DNA of 64,000 nt, from IMG/VR virus record IMGVR_UViG_3300033984_000473, positions 124,001 through 188,000 of that record. One strand, written 5' to 3'. Positions 39,264 through 47,139 of this stretch are shown piece by piece; position 1 is the first letter of the stretch; the number at the start of each line of letters is the position of its first letter. The notes under the pieces were generated by a model, which saw only the letters and a program-made list of their open reading frames with translations, searched no databases and was not told the origin of the DNA. The position numbers were made by a program, and so were the translations under genes.

Positions 39264-39916
39264 TATTCTTCGTTTAATTGTTGTCTTACTTCTTTCTTAG
39301 CAACGTTTTTCTCTTTCTTTAACTCTTGTCTATGCCAGAACTTTTGACCGCTTCTCCAACCACCCCATGGAAACCCTTTGGCCGCCTTGTAAAGCATCTT
39401 CTCATTCTCAGCATCCATTTGATAAAGAACGTTATCATGTTCTCTACGGTGTGTGATATATGATTGAGTGATTTTAACAACCAACTCATAAGATAAGGTG
39501 CAACGATAGTGAACATCACTAAAACCACTTTTCCAATACTTTTTACGCCAGTCATCATAAACAACAAAAAACTTTTTAGCCGTTGGTGACAACGCTTCAT
39601 ACTTTTCCTTGTTAATCTCGTTTAATTTAGGATACTGGATATACCATTTTTTTGTTTTGTAATCTCTGAACTTGAAGTCTTTCTTTTTTGACCAGATTTT
39701 TTGTTTGCACGCATCCAAAGCTTCTTTAAACGCATCGGCATCGGCACGTCTAAGAATATCTTCTCTAAGAACCCATTCAGCATCAAACCCATGTGGAATG
39801 GGTTTCTCCAACTCAATATACCCTTGATTGCGAATGGCATCTGAAATCTCTTTGTCTTTAAGCTTAAGACGTATAATCTCTTTTTCCCTTAAATAATGTT
39901 TGTTTCGTTTTTTCAT
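39263..39916 (-). CDS. hypothetical basic protein
   Basis: 217-aa ORF. Confidence 0.7.
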   Translation of the reverse strand: MKKRNKHYLREKEIIRLKLKDKEISDAIRNQGYIELEKPIPHGFDAEWVLREDILRRADADAFKEALDACKQKIWSKKKDFKFRDYKTKKWYIQYPKLNEINKEKYEALSPTAKKFFVVYDDWRKKYWKSGFSDVHYRCTLSYELVVKITQSYITHRREHDNVLYQMDAENEKMLYKAAKGFPWGGWRSGQKFWHRQELKKEKNVAKKEVRQQLNEE

Positions 39917-40240
39917 TTACTCATAAATTTTTTTAATTTCATATGTTGAGCTAAAATTCATCTCAATGAAAAACCCTAACTCGTTTGTAAATAAATTTTC
40001 ATTAATAACGAACCCATCTGTATCATAATTAATATCTAAGTCATCTAAATAAATTAGTTGTTTTATATCATCTAAATGATATAAAGTTTTAACATAATGT
40101 ATTGATAACGAACCTCTATTAATTCTAATAAATAAATTAAATTCAGAAATTGGCGAAAATTCGTCACCTTCAATAATCGTTATTGGTAATAGTAAATAAA
40201 TTCGTTTTAATAAATCTTCTAAGGTCTCAAATTTTGTCAT
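39917..40240 (-). CDS. hypothetical protein
   Basis: ORF behind a promoter box. Confidence 0.55.
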   Translation of the reverse strand: MTKFETLEDLLKRIYLLLPITIIEGDEFSPISEFNLFIRINRGSLSIHYVKTLYHLDDIKQLIYLDDLDINYDTDGFVINENLFTNELGFFIEMNFSSTYEIKKIYE

Positions 40241-40294
40241 AATTTTATTTTTTCTACAAATATACGAATTAATTCGACTGATTGCAAGTTTTTG

Positions 40295-40389
40295 AGCAGA
40301 AAAGAGGAATCGAACCTCTGAATCTTCACGTAGTCATACGATTTTTTCTCCCTTGGAATTGGGTGTTTTACCAACTAAACTATTTCTGC
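40295..40389 (-). ncRNA. atypical tRNA-Gly(TCC)-like RNA with imperfect anticodon stem and ~25-nt extra arm
   Basis: acceptor GCAGAAA/TTTCTGC, D-loop AGTTGGTA, T-arm AGAGG-TTCGATT-CCTCT; insert contains a CGTA..TACG hairpin. Confidence 0.6.
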
Positions 40390-40392
40390 ATG

Positions 40393-41307
40393 TAACAAAG
40401 TGAGCGTAGCCACGTTCCTGTTTTATTTCATCATTTATCTTTTATAGAGTATTTTTGTTTTTGTTTTTAATAATATTGGTTCTAATTGCTGCTTCTCTCA
40501 TTTTTTCTCTAGCTTCTTCAGATAATACTCTTTTACCACCAACTAGTTTGCTTTTAACTAAATTTGATAGTTTAATTTTTTGTTCTTTACCATCTTCAGA
40601 ATCCCAATAATTTGTGATTTGTTTAGACATAAATTCTTTATATTCATCACCTCTTTCGAATAAACCACCATTAGGTATAAATCGACCATCTGAAATTGCT
40701 TTTTTTATCGAAGAACTTAAATTTTGCTTGTGTTCTTCAGTCCACAAATAATTAATAACACCTTCACCACCATCAGTTAAATTTAATAATGGTCCAGTTT
40801 TAATATCACGTCTTCCAATTTTCTTAATCATCAGTTTTTCAAATTCTAACGCTTCTAATTCATTTTCAGTTGTTAATATTTTTTCATAAAATATTTCAGA
40901 ATCTTTATTAATCATCTGTCTAATTTTAGATAAAACTGGTGATTTTAATTTGGTTCTTTTAGCTCGTCTGTAATGTTCATACATTCGTAATTTAGAACCC
41001 TTTCCAACATAAAATGGTGTTTCACCATCTTTTAAAACATAAACATAATACTCCATAATTTTCTACTTTATCTTAACTTATACCCGTTAGATATAAATAT
41101 CTTGATATTTTGAAAAAGCCACTACCCGTCTATCATCGCAATCCAAGTTCCCTTGCTAAGACTGTATGTGTTGCACCCCGTGTTGCGGTAGTAATAACGA
41201 TACTTCGTTGACAGTCCCACTTTTAGGCCTTCGTAGGTATCTCCTACCTCTTGGAGAGATGTCGTGAACTTCCTCTGTTGCCAGCGATGAATCCTCTTTC
41301 TTTGTTA
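40393..41307 (-). ncRNA. rnpB: RNase P RNA (divergent), interrupted by a GIY-YIG ORF; segments 41119-41307 and 40393-40441
   Basis: P1 TAACAAAG/CTTTGTTA, P2 TTCATCG/TGATGAA, P3 CTG-GCAA-CAG, P4 GAGGAAGTTCACG / ACAGGAACGTGGCT with bulged U, AGCAAG, GGGTAG and AGATAAATG conserved elements. Confidence 0.8.
40442..41056 (-). mobile_element. GIY-YIG homing endonuclease inside the RNase P RNA gene
   Basis: YYVY...FYVGKG...R, E..A..FE, GPLLNLTDGGEG, NUMOD-like tail; own ATATTTAT promoter. Confidence 0.85.
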
Positions 41308-41676
41308 TTCTATTTCTATTTTTTTAATCATTTCAAATGGTAAAAAACCATCCAACCTTGTTTCAGCTACATCAGCAAAATATGGCAAGTCTTCCAAATA
41401 GAACTCACCCATTGTAAAGTTGATACATAGGAACTTCCCTTTGGTAGCATCCCATTTAGCCACATGACCAGCTCTCCATCTATGACCGTTGTAATAAGCA
41501 CCATCAATAAGGTTTTCTTTAGGTATCATAACAGCAACCATTCTAATCAAACGATTAGCTTCCTTGATATCTTCATCTTTTCTTCTTAATTCAGCTTCAA
41601 TCATAGCATCGTTAATCTTATCAGCTTTTTCTTTACCGACAACTTCTACCAACTTATTATAATGTTCTGTTTTCAT
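41305..41676 (-). CDS. hypothetical protein
   Basis: IPK..L..GAYY.G..R...VA.W motif; own promoter box. Confidence 0.7.
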   Translation of the reverse strand: MKTEHYNKLVEVVGKEKADKINDAMIEAELRRKDEDIKEANRLIRMVAVMIPKENLIDGAYYNGHRWRAGHVAKWDATKGKFLCINFTMGEFYLEDLPYFADVAETRLDGFLPFEMIKKIEIE

Positions 41677-41721
41677 AATACAAAGGTATTAAATTAATTT
41701 GATATAAACAACTAATATCGT

Positions 41722-41780
41722 AATAAAGCTAAAAAATGTATAATAAACCAATAAGCTTTATTATACATTTTTTACTTTAT
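41722..41780. repeat. long AT-rich inverted repeat (hairpin) at the end of tRNA operon 1
   Basis: taaaaaatgtataataaa ... tttattatacatttttta arms flanked by ataaag/ctttat. Confidence 0.6.
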
Positions 41781-41802
41781 CGTTCTAGTAATCAAGTACT
41801 TG

Positions 41803-41877
41803 TGCATCCACTGGGGCTCGAACCCAGACAGCCCATATTAAAAGTATGGTGCCTTATTCCATTTTGGCTATAGATGC
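41803..41877 (-). tRNA. tRNA-Lys(TTT)
   Basis: CCATA-CTTTTAA-TATGG anticodon arm; cloverleaf. Confidence 0.85.
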
Positions 41878-41890
41878 TTTGTTAATCTAG

Positions 41891-41962
41891 TAGCCCCAAC
41901 GGGAATCGAACCCATTTCCCCCCGTTAAAAGCGGGGTGCATCGCCATCAATGCTTTGAAGCC
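41891..41962 (-). tRNA. tRNA-Lys(TTT)
   Basis: CCCCG-CTTTTAA-CGGGG. Confidence 0.85.
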
Positions 41963-41999
41963 ATAGTTGTAACTATCCCTTCAACGCATTGAAAGGCAG

Positions 42000-42035
42000 T
42001 TACTGTTTACTCTTTATGTTCTTTATTGTTTTCAT
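42000..42035 (-). CDS. putative Lys-rich leader peptide MKTIKNIKSKQ
   Basis: 11 codons, 4 Lys; stop overlaps a long hairpin (41969-42003) just upstream of the two tRNA-Lys genes. Confidence 0.45.
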   Translation of the reverse strand: MKTIKNIKSKQ

Positions 42036-42066
42036 ATCTTTATTTTAAATCAATTTTTTTTATTTG

Positions 42067-42142
42067 GCCTCCCAGAAGGATTCGAACCTTCCATCCATAA
42101 GCCCCCACTGGGCTCCGCTTTTCCTACTAAGCTATGGGACGC
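42067..42142 (-). tRNA. tRNA-His(GTG)-like, atypical (A33, G:G acceptor mismatch, encoded G-1 opposite C73)
   Basis: GAGCC-CAGTGGG-GGCTT; canonical T-arm. Confidence 0.55.
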
Positions 42143-42150
42143 ATATTTTG

Positions 42151-42222
42151 AGCGGGAGATGGGGTTCGAACCCACGACCCTCTGGTTGGTAACCAAATGC
42201 TCTACCACTGAGCTACTCCCGC
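42151..42222 (-). tRNA. tRNA-Gly(ACC)
   Basis: GCGGGAG acceptor, TTTGG-TTACCAA-CCAGA, U73. Confidence 0.85.
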
Positions 42223-42297
42223 AATTTTACCCAGAATCGTTTAACTGGGTGATAGTTAGCATGACTATCTTCGCTACATGCAACGATTTTTACTTTG

Positions 42298-42370
42298 AGC
42301 AGAAGACGGGGCTCGAACCCGCAACATCCAGCTTGGAAGGCTAGCACTCTACCAATTGAGCTACTTCTGC
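42298..42370 (-). tRNA. tRNA-Gly(TCC)
   Basis: CTAGC-CTTCCAA-GCTGG, U73. Confidence 0.92.
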
Positions 42371-42486
42371 ATTAATAACGTCAGTAGGACTTAAAGGGAA
42401 CCACTCATCTTTATCCCTTCATCAATGGGTCATTATCCCATATTTGGCGTAATCCATACATTGCTGCACGTCTATCCTACTTTTTG

Positions 42487-42559
42487 AGCCTCAAGTCGGA
42501 TTCGAACCAACGACATCTTGTTTACAAAACAAGTGCTCTACCAACTGAGCTATTGAGGC
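42487..42559 (-). tRNA. tRNA-Thr(TGT)
   Basis: CTTGT-TTTGTAA-ACAAG. Confidence 0.92.
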
Positions 42560-42571
42560 ATTTTAAATTAG

Positions 42572-42645
42572 AGCTCTGTGACGGTATCGAACCGACTCTA
42601 TTCTGGGTTACAAATCCAGTGCACCACCTCTTGTGCGTACAGAGC
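42572..42645 (-). tRNA. tRNA-Thr(TGT), divergent
   Basis: CTGGA-TTTGTAA-CCCAG; T-loop TTCGATA. Confidence 0.75.
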
Positions 42646-42713
42646 ATTGTAATTTTTATTGTCCACTTGAAAAGCCAAGTTCTGGTCAAAAATTTAAAAT
42701 CTACCCTAACGAG

Positions 42714-42795
42714 TGGGGCCGATAGGATTCGAACCTACTCAGCTTACGCAACGGTGTTACAGACCGCCCCAACTCTCCAACTTTGGCGAGACCCC
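42714..42795 (-). tRNA. tRNA-Tyr(GTA)
   Basis: GCGGT-CTGTAAC-ACCGT, long variable arm. Confidence 0.88.
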
Positions 42796-42852
42796 ATTTT
42801 TGATTTTTTGTCTAGCATTTTCCAGAAATCAATAAAACTACATACTCGCCAG

Positions 42853-42933
42853 TGGGCCTAGAGGGACTCGAACCCCCACGTCTTTCAAACTTGGGCTACA
42901 ACCAAGCGAGCCAGCCAATTGCTCAATAGACCC
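42853..42933 (-). tRNA. tRNA-Tyr(GTA), divergent
   Basis: CTTGG-TTGTAGC-CCAAG, long variable arm. Confidence 0.8.
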
Positions 42934-42941
42934 ATTAAGAA

Positions 42942-43001
42942 CAGAGTGATATTTTGGTTCAAATTAAAAGTTTGTTTTTGTTTACTTGCTGAAATCACTC
43001 T
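42942..43001 (-). ncRNA. anticodon-displaying stem RNA, member A (Lys UUU loop)
   Basis: AGAGTGAT/ATCACTCT stem, TTCAGCAA motif, CAAA-CTTTTAA-TTTG hairpin. Confidence 0.6.
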
Positions 43002-43010
43002 TTATCTCTG

Positions 43011-43082
43011 TTGTCCTACTAGGATTCGAACCTAGACGGACTGGCTCAAAACCAGTAATGCTAACCGTTACATTATAGGACA
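43011..43082 (-). tRNA. tRNA-Gln(TTG)
   Basis: U1-A72, ACTGG-TTTTGAG-CCAGT. Confidence 0.9.
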
Positions 43083-43088
43083 ATAATT

Positions 43089-43144
43089 CTAATTCTACGC
43101 AGACACTTACATCGTATGGGCCCCTATGAATCAGTAACAGTCTC
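43089..43144 (-). repeat. repeated structured spacer motif, copy 1 (copy 2 at 56601-56648)
   Basis: GAGACTGTTA-CTRATTC-ATAG...GCGTA-GAATTAG. Confidence 0.7.
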
Positions 43145-43150
43145 TTCTCG

Positions 43151-43238
43151 TCTAGATAACGGGACTCGAACCCGCATAATGCTTTTAAACAATTCTCGAT
43201 TCCAAATCGAGTCGGCTTCCAATTGCCTTCATATCTAG
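43151..43238 (-). tRNA. tRNA-Pro(TGG) with unusually long variable arm
   Basis: CTCGA-TTTGGAA-TCGAG; ~19-nt variable region. Confidence 0.75.
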
Positions 43239-43249
43239 TTAATTATCAG

Positions 43250-43322
43250 TCTAAATGGCAAGATTCGAACTTGCGGTCTCTACGGTCCAAGTGTAGCGGA
43301 TTTCCAACTTTCCCACATCTAG
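43250..43322 (-). tRNA. tRNA-Pro(TGG)
   Basis: CTACA-CTTGGAC-CGTAG, C1-G72, A73. Confidence 0.82.
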
Positions 43323-43337
43323 TTAATTTTTGAACAT

Positions 43338-43371
43338 AAAAAAACCCAGTCTAGATTTCTCTAACTGGGTT
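43338..43371 (-). terminator. attenuator terminator of tRNA operon 1
   Basis: AACCCAGTTAGA...TCTAGACTGGGTT followed by T-run, 16 nt before the first tRNA. Confidence 0.85.
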
Positions 43372-43397
43372 GTATAAATTAATACTTGCGTACTTTT

Positions 43398-43502
43398 CTA
43401 TCCTACAATCACATCCTTCAACATGACATACCCAGTCGTCCCGTTAGGCGTTCCGCCTTTAGGTTGATACTGTTTCGTTTGATATGTTGCTGTTGTTTTC
43501 AT
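43398..43502 (-). CDS. leader peptide 1: MKTTATYQTKQYQPKGGTPNGTTGYVMLKDVIVG
   Basis: 34 aa, translated by hand; 22 of residues 2-25 are K/T/Y/Q/P/G; contains antiterminator ACTGGGT (43430-43436). Confidence 0.75.
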   Translation of the reverse strand: MKTTATYQTKQYQPKGGTPNGTTGYVMLKDVIVG

Positions 43503-43530
43503 AATTTTTTGTTTGTTGAGTTTTACCTCG

Positions 43531-43600
43531 TTGTTTATAAATATACTCTTATTCTTAAAAGTTACACAAAGGTACTACATTTATTTTGATTTGTCAAGTT
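43531..43600 (-). promoter_or_regulatory. tRNA-operon dual promoter cassette, copy 1
   Basis: TTGAC..TACCTTTG-TGTA-ACTTTTAAGAATAAGAGT-ATATTTATAAACAA; near-identical at 58083-58152 and 60266-60334. Confidence 0.8.
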
Positions 43601-43602
43601 TT

Positions 43603-44037
43603 TTATGACTTTTTTTTAATTTTTTTTTGTTTTTTAATCTCATCCCTTATGTTTGCTGCTATTTCGTAGTCTTCATTCTCTACAGCTTCAGCTAATTTTT
43701 CATCTAATGTTTTTTCTAAGACAGGTTTTTCTGGTTTTATCGTTGTATATGGAATGTCAACCATCACCACTTTTACCAATTCACCACCAAAAGCATACCA
43801 TACTCTTTTCTCAAAATGGAAACCATCTTCTTCAAATGTCTCTATCTTGTCTGGCTCACCTAATTGCTCATCAATACTATCGATGTGTTCGATGTTATCA
43901 AGCATGTTGATAAGTCCTTTGATTTGTTCTTCTTTTTCAGCATCGAATTCTTTATTCTTAGCATCTTTTCTTAAAATCTTTTTTTTATTGTTCTTCCCTA
44001 AGAAGTCATTAAAAAGGTCGTCAAATTTATCTGTCAT
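43603..44037 (-). CDS. protein with C-terminal UvrB/UvrC (UVR) motif
   Basis: L..AVE.EDYE.AA.IRDEI. Confidence 0.75.
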   Translation of the reverse strand: MTDKFDDLFNDFLGKNNKKKILRKDAKNKEFDAEKEEQIKGLINMLDNIEHIDSIDEQLGEPDKIETFEEDGFHFEKRVWYAFGGELVKVVMVDIPYTTIKPEKPVLEKTLDEKLAEAVENEDYEIAANIRDEIKKQKKIKKKS

Positions 44038-44476
44038 TTTTTTTGATTTTATTTGTAATTTTTGTGTGCGTTTCTTTCGCATGATACTTAAACAATTCAA
44101 CTACGTTTATTCTATATAGATACATAAAAATACCAAAGAATGTTCCAGCCAAAGCATACATGATGCTCATTGTCATCCAGTAATCATTTGTTAATTGCAT
44201 GATACCATATACTACGATATCATAACCCAATGGGTTTAAAAATAACGCTAACGTTATCAATAAGTTTCCTATTGCTTGTTTTCCTATTTTAAAGAAGACA
44301 TAAGACAATAAAAATGATAGGAATGCCAACCCATAAAGAACGTGCATTGTACTCCAATAGTCGTTTGTTAACTGTGTCAGTTTGTAAACTAAAATGTCGA
44401 ACCCAAACGGGTTTAGAAAAGTCGCTATCATCAGACATGCTGTCCCTATCGCTTTTCTCGTTACTATTCTCTTCAC
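44027..44476 (-). CDS. membrane protein with internal tandem duplication
   Basis: two copies of AIG.....A.FLNP.G.DI.VY...QLTNDYW.TM...Y.LA. Confidence 0.75.
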   Translation of the reverse strand: MKRIVTRKAIGTACLMIATFLNPFGFDILVYKLTQLTNDYWSTMHVLYGLAFLSFLLSYVFFKIGKQAIGNLLITLALFLNPLGYDIVVYGIMQLTNDYWMTMSIMYALAGTFFGIFMYLYRINVVELFKYHAKETHTKITNKIKKNDR

Positions 44477-44582
44477 TATCCATTTTGTTTTATTTTAGGA
44501 CATATCCCACACTCTCAATTAAATGTACGACATCTTATTTTCTAGAACAAGGTAATGCGAATCAACTCATTACCAGTTTAAA

Positions 44583-44768
44583 TTACTTTACAGAATCTTT
44601 TGCTACCTTAGCGGTATCAACAGAAGTAGCTGTAGTGTCAACCTTAACTGAATCAGTAGCAACAGCTGTAGAATCAGTAGCAGTTGCATCAGTAGCTGTT
44701 GCATCGTTTTTACATGAAGTAAAAGATACTGCTACTAATAAAGCTAATGCGAAAATCATTTTTTTCAT
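44583..44768 (-). CDS. small Bacteroidota-type lipoprotein
   Basis: VSFTSC lipobox, TDSTAVATDS low-complexity tail. Confidence 0.8.
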   Translation of the reverse strand: MKKMIFALALLVAVSFTSCKNDATATDATATDSTAVATDSVKVDTTATSVDTAKVAKDSVK

Positions 44769-44826
44769 CTTGTCTTTGTTTTTGTTTATAAATATGTTAT
44801 TTTTTGGTTTTATTGGTACCCCACCA

Positions 44827-45147
44827 TTACTTTAAATACTTTCTAAATGCAAAGATACTCCTGGATTTAAGATAAGTCAAGTTATTTTCGTTGGCATAAG
44901 CCTCTTTTTCAAAAGAAATATTCACATATCCAACTCGATACAACGCTATCAAATACCACACATAAAATGGTAAGATTCCCAGCTCCAATTGCTGCATTAA
45001 ATGAATCTTTTCGTGATTTATTAGCTCTGGATATATATCACTTGCATCACCTATAAATATGAAGGGAAAGAAAGCTAACCCTCTTATCCCCTCACTATTC
45101 AATACCCATTCAAAGAATCGAATGGCTCTTCTACTTACTACTATCAT
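44827..45147 (-). CDS. HExxH zinc-peptidase-like membrane protein
   Basis: FPFIF, INHEKIH..QQ.E, ISFEKEAY. Confidence 0.75.
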   Translation of the reverse strand: MIVVSRRAIRFFEWVLNSEGIRGLAFFPFIFIGDASDIYPELINHEKIHLMQQLELGILPFYVWYLIALYRVGYVNISFEKEAYANENNLTYLKSRSIFAFRKYLK

Positions 45148-45968
45148 TATGATTTAAGTAGCAATTCTTTCATGTCTTTTACCAACTCTCTATGTCCACT
45201 ACCATATGGTTCCCACGCCAACCCCATTGCTTTAAGGTCGTAGTGTTTAACTATCGTTGAATACGATGTTTCACCTTCTGGAAACCCAACAATATAAATA
45301 CTATCAGCCAATTCAGCAGCAAGTCTTAAATCGTGTGTCGAAAAAATAATCGTATTGTATTCATTGCTTTTACCAATTCTAACAAATGATTCTTTCACTT
45401 TTTCGATGTTACCAACATCCAACCCAGAGAACGGTTCATCCAAAATCATAAAGTGTTTAGATGAAAGCATTTGCTCAATGATTGCAGTTCTTTGTCTTTG
45501 ACCACCAGATAATTCACAAGAATATTTGTCTTTGTGTTCCAACAATCCCCAATCAGTTAGATACTCTTTAATCTGAGCCTCTTTTTCAGCCTTTGTAAGC
45601 GTTGATTTTCTCAAAGCATACTCACAAATCTGTGTGATGGTTTTGTGTCTAAAAAGGGTGTATTTTTGGTCTACAAACCCTATGTCGCCCTCTGACAAGT
45701 TCTTTGCATCGTCAGCAACATCGGTAGTTAAGTCACTAATAAGCATTTGACCACTTAATGGCTTCAATAAACCAGTTAGTGTTTTGAATAAGGTAGATTT
45801 ACCTCTACCAGAACGACCAATAAAAGCAATTACTTGCCCAGTTGATTCATGTCCTTGTCTTATGATGTCTTTTTCTTCAAAAGAAACATCTTTAAGGATT
45901 GTTTTTCCATCGTAACCAGCACTTAGGTCTTTAACGTATAATAACGTTTGTTCAGCTTTATAACTCAT
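45147..45968 (-). CDS. ABC transporter ATP-binding subunit (NitT/TauT-like)
   Basis: GRSGRGKST, LSGGQRQR, ILDEPFSGLD, THD. Confidence 0.92.
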   Translation of the reverse strand: MSYKAEQTLLYVKDLSAGYDGKTILKDVSFEEKDIIRQGHESTGQVIAFIGRSGRGKSTLFKTLTGLLKPLSGQMLISDLTTDVADDAKNLSEGDIGFVDQKYTLFRHKTITQICEYALRKSTLTKAEKEAQIKEYLTDWGLLEHKDKYSCELSGGQRQRTAIIEQMLSSKHFMILDEPFSGLDVGNIEKVKESFVRIGKSNEYNTIIFSTHDLRLAAELADSIYIVGFPEGETSYSTIVKHYDLKAMGLAWEPYGSGHRELVKDMKELLLKS

Positions 45969-45971
45969 AGT

Positions 45972-46742
45972 TTAGTAATTTGAATATCTAAAGATTAATT
46001 TTCTTAATTTTGTGATAATGAAGTCTAAGGTTAAACCTACAACTACGATTATGATTTGCAATGCGATTACTTTACCAGCATCACCTAACTTATCATTGTT
46101 CTTGATAAGGAATCCAAGTCCACCAGCGGCCACAAGGATAGATTCAACGGTTACAAGCATCATCCATACGATTGCCAAGTTTTGTCTAACCAACTCAAAT
46201 ACGTAGTCAATACGACCTTTGATTACAACTTCCCATAAACATTCCCATCTGCTGCAACCTAATGTCCTAGCGTGGTCGAATTCTTCTTCTGGAATATCTT
46301 TAATCATTTGCATAAGACTTGTGGTTAAGAATGTTGTCATAAAAACAACAAGAACCCAGACTTGAAGTGTTCTAGCATCATTGATAAGAATTGCAATGTA
46401 AAATGCGATACCAGTCAAAGGTAGATATCTAAGCTTAGATATGAATGTACCAACTGGTTTAAAGAAAGGAATTGCAGATGAATAAGCAAACATAAGTGAA
46501 ATCACGATGGAAATCATTACAGCTTGACTACATAACCAAATTGAACTTGCAATGTGAACGACCAACCCATCGGCCCAAAGGTCTTTTAACCCATGCAATA
46601 CTTGTAGTGGTGTTGGGAAAAGGTGAGTATCACCAAAACTGTTAAGTCCCCAAAACGTTAATAGAATTACTAACCATGATGTCAGTATTGTCGTTTTACT
46701 AGAACCTTTAAGATTCTCAAACGGTTTAAATAATCTTTTCAT
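45972..46742 (-). CDS. ABC transporter permease (NitT/TauT-like)
   Basis: FPTP, multiple TMs, EAA-like FDHARTLGCSRW, GGLG. Confidence 0.88.
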   Translation of the reverse strand: MKRLFKPFENLKGSSKTTILTSWLVILLTFWGLNSFGDTHLFPTPLQVLHGLKDLWADGLVVHIASSIWLCSQAVMISIVISLMFAYSSAIPFFKPVGTFISKLRYLPLTGIAFYIAILINDARTLQVWVLVVFMTTFLTTSLMQMIKDIPEEEFDHARTLGCSRWECLWEVVIKGRIDYVFELVRQNLAIVWMMLVTVESILVAAGGLGFLIKNNDKLGDAGKVIALQIIIVVVGLTLDFIITKLRKLIFRYSNY

Positions 46743-47069
46743 TTAATCTTTTTTAAGTGTTAATTTATATGCTTCTCGGTCTTTAATCATTTTTTGTCTA
46801 AGTGCTTCCAAATCCACTTCTTTCTTTTTGGCTCTTGTAGAACCTTTAAAAGGTGTTCTTTCGATGATTGTGATTTGACGTTCAACTTTTACAATTGTTC
46901 TCATGCCATTCTTATCACCACATCTTTCTAAGATATCGGTAACACCATCAATAGTTTTGTAAGCTTTTGCTTTTAACTCATTATGAGTATAAGAAAATTC
47001 ATAGTTTGGTTGCTCATCAGCATAAAAACCTTTATTTTCTACATGTCCTAAAAATCTAGTTTCTTTCAT
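46743..47069 (-). CDS. hypothetical protein
   Basis: ORF behind a promoter box. Confidence 0.65.
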   Translation of the reverse strand: MKETRFLGHVENKGFYADEQPNYEFSYTHNELKAKAYKTIDGVTDILERCGDKNGMRTIVKVERQITIIERTPFKGSTRAKKKEVDLEALRQKMIKDREAYKLTLKKD

Positions 47070-47139
47070 TTTTAAGTGTTTTATAATTTCTACCTAACAA
47101 AGGTACAACTAATATTTTATATAACCAAATATTTTACAT

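Noticed and set aside
40393-41307. Group I intron as the explanation for the structure around the GIY-YIG ORF
   Set aside because: No interrupted exon ORF and no recognisable P7 elements; the flanks instead match RNase P P1/P2/P4.
43536-43543. T4-type late promoter TATAAATA on the plus strand
   Set aside because: The orientation is opposite to the adjacent genes. Plus-strand genes show the sense motif is (A/G)TATTTAT.
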